Positions 49,044-59,218 of a DNA stretch of 64,000 nucleotides are shown piece by piece (the stretch's first letter is position 1; every line of letters begins with the position of its first letter). The stretch comes from a bacterium. GTDB lineage: Bacteria; Electryoneota; JAOADG01. The notes beneath the pieces are model-generated. The model ran no database searches and was not told where the DNA came from. It saw only the letters and a list, made by a program, of their open reading frames with translations. Position numbers and translations under genes: made by a program. The stretch lies in the NCBI GenBank assembly GCA_963681965.1, contig OY820579.1, forward strand, positions 2,016,001 through 2,080,000, written 5' to 3'.

Positions 49044-50000
49044 TTAAATTGAGTCTAAATTGGTCTGGAATTGTTTTCCATTCCAGTTGGCGATCCCCCG
49101 AGCGAACTCCATGCCACATAGTGGGCGCTTGCCTTCACGCGCAGCTTCGACGATCTCTAGCCAACCCGCGCCAGTCGCTACATAGCAACCCCGCTTATCG
49201 ACTAGAATTGTTCCGGGATTCGCGCTCTCCGATCGATCGATTTCTTTTACCCGATACAATAACACGCGCGTTTCACCGAGTTTAGTAGTAGCACACGGTT
49301 CCGGTGAAAGAGCATGAATGTGACGCCGGATACTTTCCGCTGTTTGCGTCCAATCGATCCAACGCTCTACTTGCTTGATTTTTGGTGCCGGAGTCGCTTC
49401 ACCGAGTGGTTGAGTCATCGGAACCAACCGCTCCTCTGCGAGTCCTACTAGCGCCTCAATCAATAAATCGGCACCGATCGGTGCAAACCGTTGAAAAAGA
49501 TCACCAGATGTATCCTTGGGCGAAACCGGAAGTGTTTTGCTTAATACAATCTTACCGGTATCGACACCGCGATCCAGCAAAAATACGGTCAAGCCAGTTT
49601 CTTGGTCGCCATTCCAAACCGAACGTTGAATCGGAGCTGCACCACGATACTTTGGTAATAACGAACCGTGCAGGTTGAGAGTTCCCCGCTTCGGTGCCGC
49701 GTATACCGCTTCCGGTAGAATTCGCCATGCGACGATAATCCCAAAATCCGGAGCGACTTCATTGATCTTATCTACTAGTGCCGGATCTTTCGGTGAATCG
49801 GTTTCGAACACCGGTAGACCTAATTTCGCGGCACAATCGGCAACTATTGTCGGTACTAATGAATGTCGACCGCGTGGTTTGGCAACACCGGTCACCACCA
49901 ATTTGATCGCAAATCGATTGTCGGAAGCCAGTGCTGTCAGTACATCCGCAGCAATTTGCGGTGTTCCGAAAAAGACAATTTCGAGTGGTTTCTGTGACAT
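49044..50000 (-). CDS. fmt: Methionyl-tRNA formyltransferase
   Basis: FFGTP, NLHGSLLPKYRGAAPIQ, DTG. Confidence 0.96.
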   Translation of the reverse strand: MSQKPLEIVFFGTPQIAADVLTALASDNRFAIKLVVTGVAKPRGRHSLVPTIVADCAAKLGLPVFETDSPKDPALVDKINEVAPDFGIIVAWRILPEAVYAAPKRGTLNLHGSLLPKYRGAAPIQRSVWNGDQETGLTVFLLDRGVDTGKIVLSKTLPVSPKDTSGDLFQRFAPIGADLLIEALVGLAEERLVPMTQPLGEATPAPKIKQVERWIDWTQTAESIRRHIHALSPEPCATTKLGETRVLLYRVKEIDRSESANPGTILVDKRGCYVATGAGWLEIVEAAREGKRPLCGMEFARGIANWNGKQFQTNLDSI

Positions 50001-50298
50001 ATTTACTTCTTTTAGAATTGGGAACCCGGTACAGTCACCGATTTCTTGTTATCGTTATTGATAAGTACGATTCGAATTTCTGAACGTGTCAAGAAAGGAA
50101 ATTTGACAACCAGATTGATTTCCTATCACACTGAAATTAGTTGTCAAAAAAGTTCTGCCAATATGCATCTAGGTCAGATTGCAATGCAATCATGTAAATT
50201 ACATTATCTACTTCCAAATCGCGAATGAAAGTCGCAAATTTGATCAAGTATTTCCTCGCTACAATCGCTATTCTATGTACAACAACATTGGAGACGAC

Positions 50299-51195
50299 GT
50301 GCGCACTACTACCGAGCAATCTTACCGAAAAGCGTTATTGCGGGTGTTAATTCATCTTCAGCGCTACCTCGACGATCCGGTCGATCATGCCGAATTGTCG
50401 GAAATTGCCGGATTCTCGCCGTTTCATTTTCACCGGATCTTTTCGGGGATGATGGGCGAATCGGTTTCCGATCACATCCGTAGAATTCGCTTGGAGCGTG
50501 CTGCGGGACGGTTGGTGCTGTCCGATGAATCGGTGACGCAACTGGCATTCGAAGCTGGTTATGAATCGCTCGAAGCGTTTATTCGCATTTTTCGCGAGAT
50601 GTTCGGTTGTTCCCCGACGCAATTTCGGAAACGTCGTCGACGTGCATTGTATCCTAGTCATCCGACCGGTATTCATTACCGACCGTCGGGTGAATTAAAG
50701 AATATTCGATCGATAGAAAGCGGAGGAAATATTATGGAAGTGAATATAGTCGATTTGGAACCGATGGAGGTCTTATTTGTCCGGCATACCGGACCGTATC
50801 ACACCGTCGGAGCATCATGGGAGAAGCTTTGTGGATGGGCTGGACCGTTGGGTTTGTTGGGTCGAAACACCAAATTTATTGGTTTGGCTTACGATGATCC
50901 GATGATTACACCGCCGGAGAAAATTCGCTGCGATGTATGCATCACTCTGGATCACAAAGTGAATCCGGTCGGCGAATTTGGCGTCCAGACGATCCCGGCG
51001 GGTAAATATGCGATGGCGCTCCATCGTGGACCGTATGAGAACTTCAATGACACCTATAAATCGATTTGCGGTGAGTGGATTCCGAAAAACGGGAAGCGAA
51101 TCAAATCGCTGCCCAGTATCGAGATCTATCTGAATCATCCTGATCAGACCAAACCCGAAGATCTCTTAACCGAAGTCTATATTCCAATCGAATAA
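50299..51195 (+). CDS. AraC family regulator with C-terminal GyrI-like domain
   Basis: SPFHFHRIF, AFEAGYES..F; GyrI-like H.GPY, YDDP, EIYLN; GTG start with GGAG assumed. Confidence 0.92.
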   Translation: MRTTTEQSYRKALLRVLIHLQRYLDDPVDHAELSEIAGFSPFHFHRIFSGMMGESVSDHIRRIRLERAAGRLVLSDESVTQLAFEAGYESLEAFIRIFREMFGCSPTQFRKRRRRALYPSHPTGIHYRPSGELKNIRSIESGGNIMEVNIVDLEPMEVLFVRHTGPYHTVGASWEKLCGWAGPLGLLGRNTKFIGLAYDDPMITPPEKIRCDVCITLDHKVNPVGEFGVQTIPAGKYAMALHRGPYENFNDTYKSICGEWIPKNGKRIKSLPSIEIYLNHPDQTKPEDLLTEVYIPIE

Positions 51196-51232
51196 GATCA
51201 TTCTCGAATTAAGATCCTGCTTGATTAAAGAT

Positions 51233-51252
51233 GGGAGGGCTCTCACGCCCTC
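51233..51252 (+). terminator. Possible terminator hairpin
   Basis: GGAGGGC-TCTCAC-GCCCTCC with a weak T tail. Confidence 0.45.
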
Positions 51253-51479
51253 CTGTTCTAATTTCTGAATGTTTCTAATTGCACGAACTGCTCTCGGTTG
51301 ATTTTCAATTGAATTGCCGAACACCATTGAGGGCAATTAGGTCGACAGATTGCAAGGTCGAAAATTATATTGTAATCGGTGGATCGACCATCGATACTGG
51401 CGCAGACCGGAATCGCAACCGCGGTCAAGAAATCGAGTGACTGCCATGAGTATCTTGTTATTGTGAAGGAGGAACACTG

Positions 51480-52388
51480 ATGTCGAGAGACGAGAAATCT
51501 GATGCGATCCTGCGAATGCAATCTTTCATCGAAGATCATTTGACTCGTACAATCACAATGCAAGAACTAGCGAGGGTTGCAAATTATTCTCCGTGGTATG
51601 CAGCTCGTCTGTTCAAAGAGTACACCGGAAAATCGCCATTTGATTATATTCGATTGCGCCGATTGTCTGCTGCTGCACGCAATCTTAGCACTCATTCCGG
51701 AAAAGTGATTGATGTTGCATTCGATTTTGTGTTCGATACACACGAGGGATTTTCCCGCGCGTTCACAAGGCAGTTCGGAATATCGCCGAGAAAATACCGC
51801 GCAGACAAACCTCCATTGCTGATGTTCCTTCCCGAACGGATGAAAAATTATTATATCAATCACACCTATGGAGAAAAACCAATGAGCAATTCAACCGGCA
51901 GTAACACAGTATTCACACAAGTAATTGAGCGTCCGGCACGCAAACTCGTTTTGAAAAGAGGAATAAAAGCTACGCACTATTTCGAGTATTGTGAGGAAGT
52001 TGGCTGCGAAGTCTGGGAACAACTGGGCGCTCTGAAAGATACCCTTCACGAACCGATGGGGTTGTGGTTGCCTGACCGGTTCAGGCTTCACGGAACATCA
52101 AGTTATGTTCAGGGAGTCGAAGTTGCCGTCGATTATACCGGTCCGATCCCCGAAGGGTTCGATATCATCGAATTACCTTCCTGCTTGATGATGGTGTTCC
52201 AAGGTCAACAGTTCAAAGATGAGGAATTCGAACAGGCGATTACCTCGCTTTGGGATGTAATCAAGGAGTATCGACCGGAAACGTATGGATTCGCTTGGGA
52301 TGACGACGCGGGACCACGATTTCAATTGGAACCTGTTGGCTATCGCGGATACATCGAAGGGCGACCGGTAAAGCGAATTGATGGATGA
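51480..52388 (+). CDS. AraC family regulator with GyrI-like/effector domain
   Basis: AAGGAGG SD; YSPWYAARLFK, DTHEGFSRAF; C-terminal YFEYCEEVGC. Confidence 0.9.
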   Translation: MSRDEKSDAILRMQSFIEDHLTRTITMQELARVANYSPWYAARLFKEYTGKSPFDYIRLRRLSAAARNLSTHSGKVIDVAFDFVFDTHEGFSRAFTRQFGISPRKYRADKPPLLMFLPERMKNYYINHTYGEKPMSNSTGSNTVFTQVIERPARKLVLKRGIKATHYFEYCEEVGCEVWEQLGALKDTLHEPMGLWLPDRFRLHGTSSYVQGVEVAVDYTGPIPEGFDIIELPSCLMMVFQGQQFKDEEFEQAITSLWDVIKEYRPETYGFAWDDDAGPRFQLEPVGYRGYIEGRPVKRIDG

Positions 52389-52468
52389 TTGAATAATACT
52401 AAATCGAGATAAATTAGTGTCGCTGCTCAAGCGAGATGAAATACCGAATCAAAAATGATGTTTCCAAG

Positions 52469-52502
52469 AAAAAGGCGGGACTTAATAAGTCTCGCCTTTT
52501 TC
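52469..52502. terminator. Bidirectional terminator
   Basis: AAAAAGGCGGGACTT-AAT-AAGTCTCGCCTTTTT. Confidence 0.8.
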
Positions 52503-52521
52503 CAACTTCTGAAATACTAGC

Positions 52522-53244
52522 TCATTTCGGTTTGGCGAACAGTGCATCGGCAATACCGGTGTCAGCTTCGATGCTTTCTACAGTGTAAATCTGGATCATA
52601 CTACCCATGTTCTGACTGACTTGAAATGCATATTGTGCACCGTTTACATCGCGGTAGTCGCTGAAAGTACTGATGACTTTAATCAATCTGCCACCCTGAC
52701 CCTGTTCGTCGCGCATTGTCTGATAAACCAGATTCGTTTTCGTATCGATGAAATAAGTCGCGATTTCTTTGTCGTCTTTGTTCTTCAAAACGATTTTATT
52801 GGTTTCGACGGAATCGCGCGTGACTTTTCCGATCAACGTGGCTGTTAATCCTTTGCTCTTATACGTGGCAAGTTCGCCGTCGATCGAGGCATTTTGCTTG
52901 AATTCGTCGACTTCTGCAGAATCCATGCTTTCGGCTTTTTTCTGTCGTGGTGCCAGCCCCCAGCCTTCTTTGCCATCGCATGCCATCACAAGTTTGTAAC
53001 CTTCGGCTTCAATTTCAATCCGAATTTTATCCGGGCGTTTCTTGTAAACTGTGCGGGTTGCTTCGCCCTCTTGATACGCAACCGTCATCTTGGCGGTAGT
53101 GACCAAGGTCTTGAATTTTGCTTTGATGTCGGCACCTTCGGCTTTCTGATTCGCAGCAATAACCTCTTCTGCCGTCTGTGCAGCGGCAACAGCGATCAGA
53201 ATCAAACTGATGAAAGCGATGACAATGCGTGAATAGTGTTTCAT
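52522..53244 (-). CDS. Exported LolA-like / outer-membrane lipoprotein-sorting protein
   Basis: Signal peptide; KRPDKIRIE, DGKEGW, YFID.KT, FSDYRDVNG, DALFAKP. Confidence 0.65.
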   Translation of the reverse strand: MKHYSRIVIAFISLILIAVAAAQTAEEVIAANQKAEGADIKAKFKTLVTTAKMTVAYQEGEATRTVYKKRPDKIRIEIEAEGYKLVMACDGKEGWGLAPRQKKAESMDSAEVDEFKQNASIDGELATYKSKGLTATLIGKVTRDSVETNKIVLKNKDDKEIATYFIDTKTNLVYQTMRDEQGQGGRLIKVISTFSDYRDVNGAQYAFQVSQNMGSMIQIYTVESIEADTGIADALFAKPK

Positions 53245-53307
53245 TTCTGCTCCTGTAAATAGTTGTGAGTGGCTTTTCCCGGAGCCGCTCTCGAATTAAA
53301 AAACTTG

Positions 53308-56300
53308 TTATTTCACCGGTACCAGTGGACGCGGAATGATCGGCGGCGGTGGTACAAAGTCGCGCGGTTCTTTTTTAATCTTATCCATCAGATAACCGAT
53401 CGCATAATCCAATTGAACGTCTTTACCATTGATAAAGCCATCTGGTGTAAGATCCAAGTCAATATCGGGGTCGACACCATGCCCCTCGACAACCCAATGT
53501 TTGCCGCGGGGATCCCAGGATCCGAATTCCGGTTGTGTCGTCATGCCGTAATCGCGGAATGGTTTGTCGCTGCGGATACCAACCAAACCACCCCATGTGC
53601 GCTTACCGATTACCGGACCAAGTTTCAATTCTTGAAATCCATTCGCAAAAGTTTCGCAGTCGCTTCCACCTTGCCGGTTGATCAAACACGCCATATGTCC
53701 GAAGAACGTACCGTCGGGACTTGGATAGATCGCGCCGTGACGCGGTTTACCAAACTCCAGTACTTTCCGATTCAGATGCGATAAAATCATCGGTGCTACA
53801 AAACCGCCGTGATTCCACCGATCATCCATGATCAATCCTTTTTTACGGTACTGCGGATAATATTCCCGCGAAAATTCCTGCAATCCTCGACTACTCATGT
53901 CGTAAAGATGGATGTAACCGATCTGTCCACCACTGACGCTATCGACATACGCCCGAGTCTCATTCACCCACGATTGATACCGGAGATAATAATCGCTGGA
54001 GAGTGTTTTAATTACTATCCGGCGTGCTTTCTCGAGCGTCGGTTTATCGTTGATCGACAGTTCCACTTCCTGCCCGCCGCGATTGGCAAGTCGAACCAGA
54101 TAATCTTCGCCCTTCGTTAATGGGATACCGTCGATCGCGACAAGCCACGTACCGACTTTGACATTCAAATCGGGTCGCGATAGCGGCGAGCACATTCCCG
54201 CAGTCGGATAGTTGCCGTAAAGAATCTTCTTTACCTGCCAGAATCCAGTCTGTGGATCGTATGACATATCTGCACCCAGCATGCCGACGCTGGTATAGCT
54301 TCCCGGACGAACATCGCCACCGGAAACATATGTGTGACCGGCACTCAATTCACCGATCATTTCACCGATCAAATCGTTCAAGTCCTCGCGGGTCGAAATG
54401 CGATCGAGGAATACCGAATATTGATTCCAAACACCGACCCAATCGACTCCGTGCATCTTCTCGTCGTAGAAGAAGTCGCGTTGTAAGCGCCATGCTTCAC
54501 GGAAGATCTGTTTCCATTCTTTTCGGGGATCGACTTTCATACTCCAACCGTCAAGATTAACTCGATTGTCTTTGCTATCGTCCCCTTTCGGTGCACTCAT
54601 AGCACTGGCATCGACCCGATAGAAGTTTCCGCCACTCCGATAGACCAACACTTTATGGTCGCCGGAAATCGCATAGCTGCTAATTCCATCGGCAAGCGTC
54701 GACACTTTTTCGTCATTGATATCGTATGTGTAAAGACGCGATCCTCGTGGTTGATCGTCTTCCTCATCGTCGTTGTCGGGAACATCCGGTGGCATCATAC
54801 CGCGATTGATTCTGCCAGCCCAATGCAATTTATTCTCAACTGCCATCAAGCCCCAGTAGTTACCCGGTTTCACCGGAATCTGCACGATCCGAAGCGCGAT
54901 ACCGTCGAAATCGATTACAATCGGTTCGACTTTCTTATCGTCGTCTTTGGATTTCGATTGTTTATCCTTTTTGTGATCTTTCTTATGGTCCTTCTTGTCA
55001 CCCTTATCGTCGTCATCCGATTTTTCTTCGTCGTCCTGTTTCTTCTCCTCGTCGGTCGTAATGTCGCTGCGTGCGGCAAATGGAAGCTTAGTATCTTTCT
55101 TGAGTGCCATTACATATGGTAGCGTCGCTTCATCGATAATGAACCGCGAATCGAAGTGATCGAGGAACGGATTGATGTAGTGATCCATAAAGAAGAAGAG
55201 AAACTTCCCGTTTGGATCCCACGTCGGTGAGAAGCAATTGTACATTTCATCGGTGACAGCAGTCGAATGTTTCGTTTCGGAATCCCAGATCTGAACCCGA
55301 CCGAATCCATTTTCCATTTGGAAGGTATAAGCCAGATACCGGCTATCGGGTGACCAATCGTATTCGCGCATTTCGTAATTGCTGCTATCGACTTTGATCC
55401 GAGTACCGGTGGCAATATCAACACTCCACAACCGAAGTTTTTCGTCGGAATATGCCAGCTTTTGTCCATTCGGTGCCCAACTCGGACCGAAATTCCAACC
55501 CGGAGGTGTCGTTCCGACTTGTCGGGGACTAGTCGAGTTGTCGGTCGAGTACAGCATCAATTGTTCTTCACCATTGACTTCCGACCAGCCGGCAAGCCAC
55601 TTCCCGTCGGGTGACCAAGCGGGATCTTTGACACGCACCGAGCTATTGTCGGTTATGCGTCGGATCAGACCTTTCTTCTTCGTCCGAGCGGTGAACAAGT
55701 CGCCGCGCGTTTCCAATGCGATTCGGTCGCCATCGCGAGAAATTGACCAACCGGAAAGGTATTGTGCTGGATTGGTGAATTTTTCCCGGACATCGACTCG
55801 ATCGCTTGGCAAGTGAATGTCGACTTTACCGTTCTTACCGGTAGCTAAATCGTAGACCCATACATCCATGCCGTGCTGATAGACAATCTTGTTGTCACCT
55901 AAATAGGGCCAGCGAACGTCGTAATCGGAGAAGTTGGTCAGTCGGCGAATATCTTTTCCATCGGGAAGCATGGAGGCAAGATTCGGGCGTCCCCAGCGAT
56001 CAGTAACAAAGTAGATCCTGCCATCCGAATGCCACATTGGGAAGGCGTCCTTACCGGTGAAATCTTTCGTAACACATTCGAATTCGAGTGGTTGAATAGT
56101 TCCAACGTAAATATCTTCCGCTTCACCGCCTTTGTATCGCTTCCAGGTGTGATACTCCAAACCGATTTTCTGATAAGCAACACGTTTTCCATTTGGTTCG
56201 AACGAGATCCACGCTGCCGGTTCCAGCGGAATCAATTCCGGTAGTCCACCAGTAGGGGAGATCGTATAGAGTCTGGTATCCATATTGGGTGTATCGCGAC

Positions 56301-56691
56301 GGCTGCGGAATAGAATTTTTCCATCGCTAGTCCAACCAATTGCGCCATCTGATGCCGGATGCCAAGTCAATCGCTTCGGCTCGCCACCATTGATCGGGAT
56401 AACGTATACTTCGTCATTGCCATCGTACTGGGCGGAATATGCAATCCATTTCCCATCGGGAGAAATGCGTGGATTGCGTTCGGTCCCTTCGTGAGCGGTG
56501 AGCCGCATCGCGATCCCACCTTCGGCTGGAACCGACCAGAGATCCCCTTCCGAGGCAAAAACAATTTTACCACCACCAATGGACGGGAAACAGTAGAACC
56601 CATCGGGAGGATTGTCGGCTAAAACTGTAGAATATAGAAATAAGGTTGAAATGAGGATGAGAAGTAAAGTAGTTAGTTTTTTCACGGGCAT
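53308..56691 (-). CDS. Tricorn-like protease (S41) with PD40 propellers and PDZ
   Basis: Signal peptide; SPDGKWIAY repeats, GHTY, RWNHGG, GSDCE, GKRTWGG, EGHGVDPD. Confidence 0.93.
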   Translation of the reverse strand: MPVKKLTTLLLILISTLFLYSTVLADNPPDGFYCFPSIGGGKIVFASEGDLWSVPAEGGIAMRLTAHEGTERNPRISPDGKWIAYSAQYDGNDEVYVIPINGGEPKRLTWHPASDGAIGWTSDGKILFRSRRDTPNMDTRLYTISPTGGLPELIPLEPAAWISFEPNGKRVAYQKIGLEYHTWKRYKGGEAEDIYVGTIQPLEFECVTKDFTGKDAFPMWHSDGRIYFVTDRWGRPNLASMLPDGKDIRRLTNFSDYDVRWPYLGDNKIVYQHGMDVWVYDLATGKNGKVDIHLPSDRVDVREKFTNPAQYLSGWSISRDGDRIALETRGDLFTARTKKKGLIRRITDNSSVRVKDPAWSPDGKWLAGWSEVNGEEQLMLYSTDNSTSPRQVGTTPPGWNFGPSWAPNGQKLAYSDEKLRLWSVDIATGTRIKVDSSNYEMREYDWSPDSRYLAYTFQMENGFGRVQIWDSETKHSTAVTDEMYNCFSPTWDPNGKFLFFFMDHYINPFLDHFDSRFIIDEATLPYVMALKKDTKLPFAARSDITTDEEKKQDDEEKSDDDDKGDKKDHKKDHKKDKQSKSKDDDKKVEPIVIDFDGIALRIVQIPVKPGNYWGLMAVENKLHWAGRINRGMMPPDVPDNDDEEDDQPRGSRLYTYDINDEKVSTLADGISSYAISGDHKVLVYRSGGNFYRVDASAMSAPKGDDSKDNRVNLDGWSMKVDPRKEWKQIFREAWRLQRDFFYDEKMHGVDWVGVWNQYSVFLDRISTREDLNDLIGEMIGELSAGHTYVSGGDVRPGSYTSVGMLGADMSYDPQTGFWQVKKILYGNYPTAGMCSPLSRPDLNVKVGTWLVAIDGIPLTKGEDYLVRLANRGGQEVELSINDKPTLEKARRIVIKTLSSDYYLRYQSWVNETRAYVDSVSGGQIGYIHLYDMSSRGLQEFSREYYPQYRKKGLIMDDRWNHGGFVAPMILSHLNRKVLEFGKPRHGAIYPSPDGTFFGHMACLINRQGGSDCETFANGFQELKLGPVIGKRTWGGLVGIRSDKPFRDYGMTTQPEFGSWDPRGKHWVVEGHGVDPDIDLDLTPDGFINGKDVQLDYAIGYLMDKIKKEPRDFVPPPPIIPRPLVPVK

Positions 56692-56830
56692 CTCCTAACA
56701 GATTCGCAACAAATATTAGTTGTAAGTATAATGAGGGAAGTTGCAACGAAAAAGAAACATTATCCAATTCCGGATTTTTCCGGAATTGAGTGAAATTGTA
56801 TTGAATCAATACATCTTTCTAGGATCGAAT

Positions 56831-57283
56831 ATGGAACTCAAGATCATCGGGTATGTGCACAATGAAATTACCAATCTACAAGATCGGAACTGGGGCAAAG
56901 TCGTCTCTCGCATAGATTTATTACCGGAATATGCTGCTGGAATAACGGGAATTGAACAATTTTCCCACATAATTGTGCTGTTTTGGATGCATAATGCGAA
57001 TTATTCTGCGGAAAGCGATTTAGTTCGTCACCCTCGTGACCGACTGGATCTGCCGCTTTCGGGAATTTTTGCCCAACGTGCGAAATCTCGCCCCAATCCT
57101 ATCGGAATCACCGCGGTAAAACTGGTCGAAACGGCTCCCAGTGCGCTTATTGTACAGGGATTGGATGCGATCGACGGTACCCCTGTAATCGATCTCAAAC
57201 CGTATGTGCCGAGCTTCGATTATGTTGAAAATCCGATAGTACCGCTTTGGATCTCTGAGATCATGTCTGATTACTTTCAGTAG
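56831..57283 (+). CDS. tsaA: tRNA m6t6A37 methyltransferase TrmO/TsaA family
   Basis: GIFAQRA..RPNPIG, GLDAIDGTPVIDLKPY. Confidence 0.88.
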   Translation: MELKIIGYVHNEITNLQDRNWGKVVSRIDLLPEYAAGITGIEQFSHIIVLFWMHNANYSAESDLVRHPRDRLDLPLSGIFAQRAKSRPNPIGITAVKLVETAPSALIVQGLDAIDGTPVIDLKPYVPSFDYVENPIVPLWISEIMSDYFQ

Positions 57284-57347
57284 GTTTAGACTTGAGTATC
57301 CCGGAGAACTTCACTAATTTCAATTGATATCAACTATTGGAGAATTT

Positions 57348-58067
57348 ATGTCGCAGCATTTACCCATTTTACTGCTCAACGGTCGTCCCGCCGCGGGAAA
57401 AAGTGAAGTAATCGATTACTTGAAGCATTGCAATGATACCGAACGATTGATTCGGTTCGGCATTGCTCCATTTGTCGAATTCGACGACTTCCCGGTACTC
57501 TGGGAGGATTTTCAGGACGATGATATCCGTGAGAAGATGGGATTGGCACGTCTGGTTACCGATCACGACTACTACTTTACCGACGAACGGTACTGGAATT
57601 TCCTTATTCAAAAACTCTCGTTTCAATTGGATTATCAAGTCGCAAAATATCCCGGCTATCTCGAACGCAACACCGCAATCTTCGAATTTTCTCGCGGTGG
57701 GAAAGATGCATTCAAAGAAGCCTATGAACATTTATCTGATTTCGTGTTGTCGCAAGCAGCAATCGTATACATCGCTGTCAGCTATGAAGAGTCTTCCCGG
57801 AAAAACAAACGACGCGCTCGACCCGGTGAAGAAGGTTCGATTCTGTATCATTCGCTACCGCAATCGAAGATGGATCATTATTATAAGATCAACGACTGGA
57901 ATGATATATCGAATGGTGCATTGGATGGTTACATGAACATTCGCGGCTTTAAAGTACCGTATGCCGTATTGCCGAATGAACCGGAAGTTACCGATACACC
58001 GGAGCACCTCGGACCGGCGTTGGAAGACACGTTCAAGCGATTGTTCAAGCGCATTCACGAGAAATGA
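57348..58067 (+). CDS. Hypothetical P-loop (NMP-kinase-like) protein
   Basis: GGAG SD; LLLNGRPAAGKS, IFEFSRG, lid-like SRKNKRR. Confidence 0.65.
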   Translation: MSQHLPILLLNGRPAAGKSEVIDYLKHCNDTERLIRFGIAPFVEFDDFPVLWEDFQDDDIREKMGLARLVTDHDYYFTDERYWNFLIQKLSFQLDYQVAKYPGYLERNTAIFEFSRGGKDAFKEAYEHLSDFVLSQAAIVYIAVSYEESSRKNKRRARPGEEGSILYHSLPQSKMDHYYKINDWNDISNGALDGYMNIRGFKVPYAVLPNEPEVTDTPEHLGPALEDTFKRLFKRIHEK

Positions 58068-58133
58068 CGGTCTGGTAGTTTAATTTTCTGATGTTGTAGA
58101 TTTCGATTTCGAAGTCATATCTGTGGGGTGTGT

Positions 58134-58541
58134 ATGGCAATGTTTGAATGGAATCCAAACTTTTCAGTACAAATTGGCTCGTTCGATTTGCAGCACAAAC
58201 AGTTGTTCGAAACGGCTGAGGAGCTGTATCAGGCAATGAGTACCGGACGGGGTAAAGACGTGATCGGTGGTGTATTGGATAAGTTGCTGAAATACACTCA
58301 AGTGCATTTTGCCGCTGAAGAGCGAGCAATGAATCGATTTCTCTATCCCGAATTCGAAGAACACAAACATGAGCATGAGCTGTTGCTGCAACAGGTCAAT
58401 GATTTTCGCGACCGGTTCGTTGCCGGTAACACCATGCTTTCGTTAGAAGTGATGAAATTTCTCAAGGATTGGTTGACGCATCACATCAACAATACCGATA
58501 AACGCTACGGTCCTTTTTTAATCAAACAGGGAGCCGTTTAG
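58134..58541 (+). CDS. Bacteriohemerythrin
   Basis: W...SV....D.QHK, HFAAEE, H..EH, WLTHHI...D. Confidence 0.93.
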   Translation: MAMFEWNPNFSVQIGSFDLQHKQLFETAEELYQAMSTGRGKDVIGGVLDKLLKYTQVHFAAEERAMNRFLYPEFEEHKHEHELLLQQVNDFRDRFVAGNTMLSLEVMKFLKDWLTHHINNTDKRYGPFLIKQGAV

Positions 58542-58548
58542 TATCAGT

Positions 58549-58866
58549 ATGTCGCAAGTGAAGAAACCGAGCATTCAACCGATTTTCATACCGGCGAATG
58601 AACCACTGCCTATCATGTCGGGGAGGGGTACGGAAATTCCCTCGCTGGTTTTGCTGTTCAACGACGATGTCCACAGTTTCGAAGATGTGATCATCCAATT
58701 AATGAAGGCGGTCGGTTGCAGCGCTTTAATTGGGTACCTTTACGCACTGGAAGTTCACACGATCGGTCGCGCGACGGTGTTTTTGGGACCGATGATTCGT
58801 TGTCTAACGATTGCCGAAGTGTTGCGAGAGATTGACCTGAAAGTTGAAGTCCGCCCGATGATGTAA
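58549..58866 (+). CDS. clpS: ATP-dependent Clp protease adaptor ClpS family
   Basis: LFNDDVHSFEDVI, EVHTIGRA. Confidence 0.85.
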   Translation: MSQVKKPSIQPIFIPANEPLPIMSGRGTEIPSLVLLFNDDVHSFEDVIIQLMKAVGCSALIGYLYALEVHTIGRATVFLGPMIRCLTIAEVLREIDLKVEVRPMM

Positions 58867-58901
58867 TCTAACCAGTTCTGTCCGCAAATTATTCTTGAAA
58901 T

Positions 58902-58931
58902 ACTGCCCAATTCCGATTGGGCAGTTTTTTT
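58902..58931 (+). terminator. Intrinsic terminator after clpS
   Basis: ACTGCCCAAT-TCCG-ATTGGGCAGT followed by a T run. Confidence 0.8.
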
Positions 58932-58953
58932 CTTCTTCTTTTCACATCTTTAC

Positions 58954-59149
58954 GTAGCCGCAGGCTCATGGCTTTTAACTAATTTTCTTTACATCTTCGG
59001 TAGGGGCGGTTCGCGAACCGCCCGTGTCCGAGAAATTCACTTTTTCCTCTAATGGATGTTATCTAATACTAGAGAAATTCACTCCAAATCATTTATTTTT
59101 TCGTGAATATCGTTAGAGTTACGGGCGGACGCGTAAGTACGTTCCTACC
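58954..59149. repeat. REP-like cluster (GTAG family)
   Basis: GTAGCCGCAGGCT (58954), GTAGGGGCGGTTCGCGAACCGCCC (59000), degenerate opposite-orientation unit ending CCTAC near 59148. Confidence 0.7.
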
Positions 59150-59218
59150 ATGAAAAAACACTGATTTGTAGCTACTGAGATCAGTCAGCAATTCTTGAAT
59201 AGAAGAACTATTAATCTG

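Noticed and set aside
54930-55060. Repeat-like D/K-rich tract in tricorn protease
   Set aside because: Low-complexity charged linker typical of bacterial tricorn homologs
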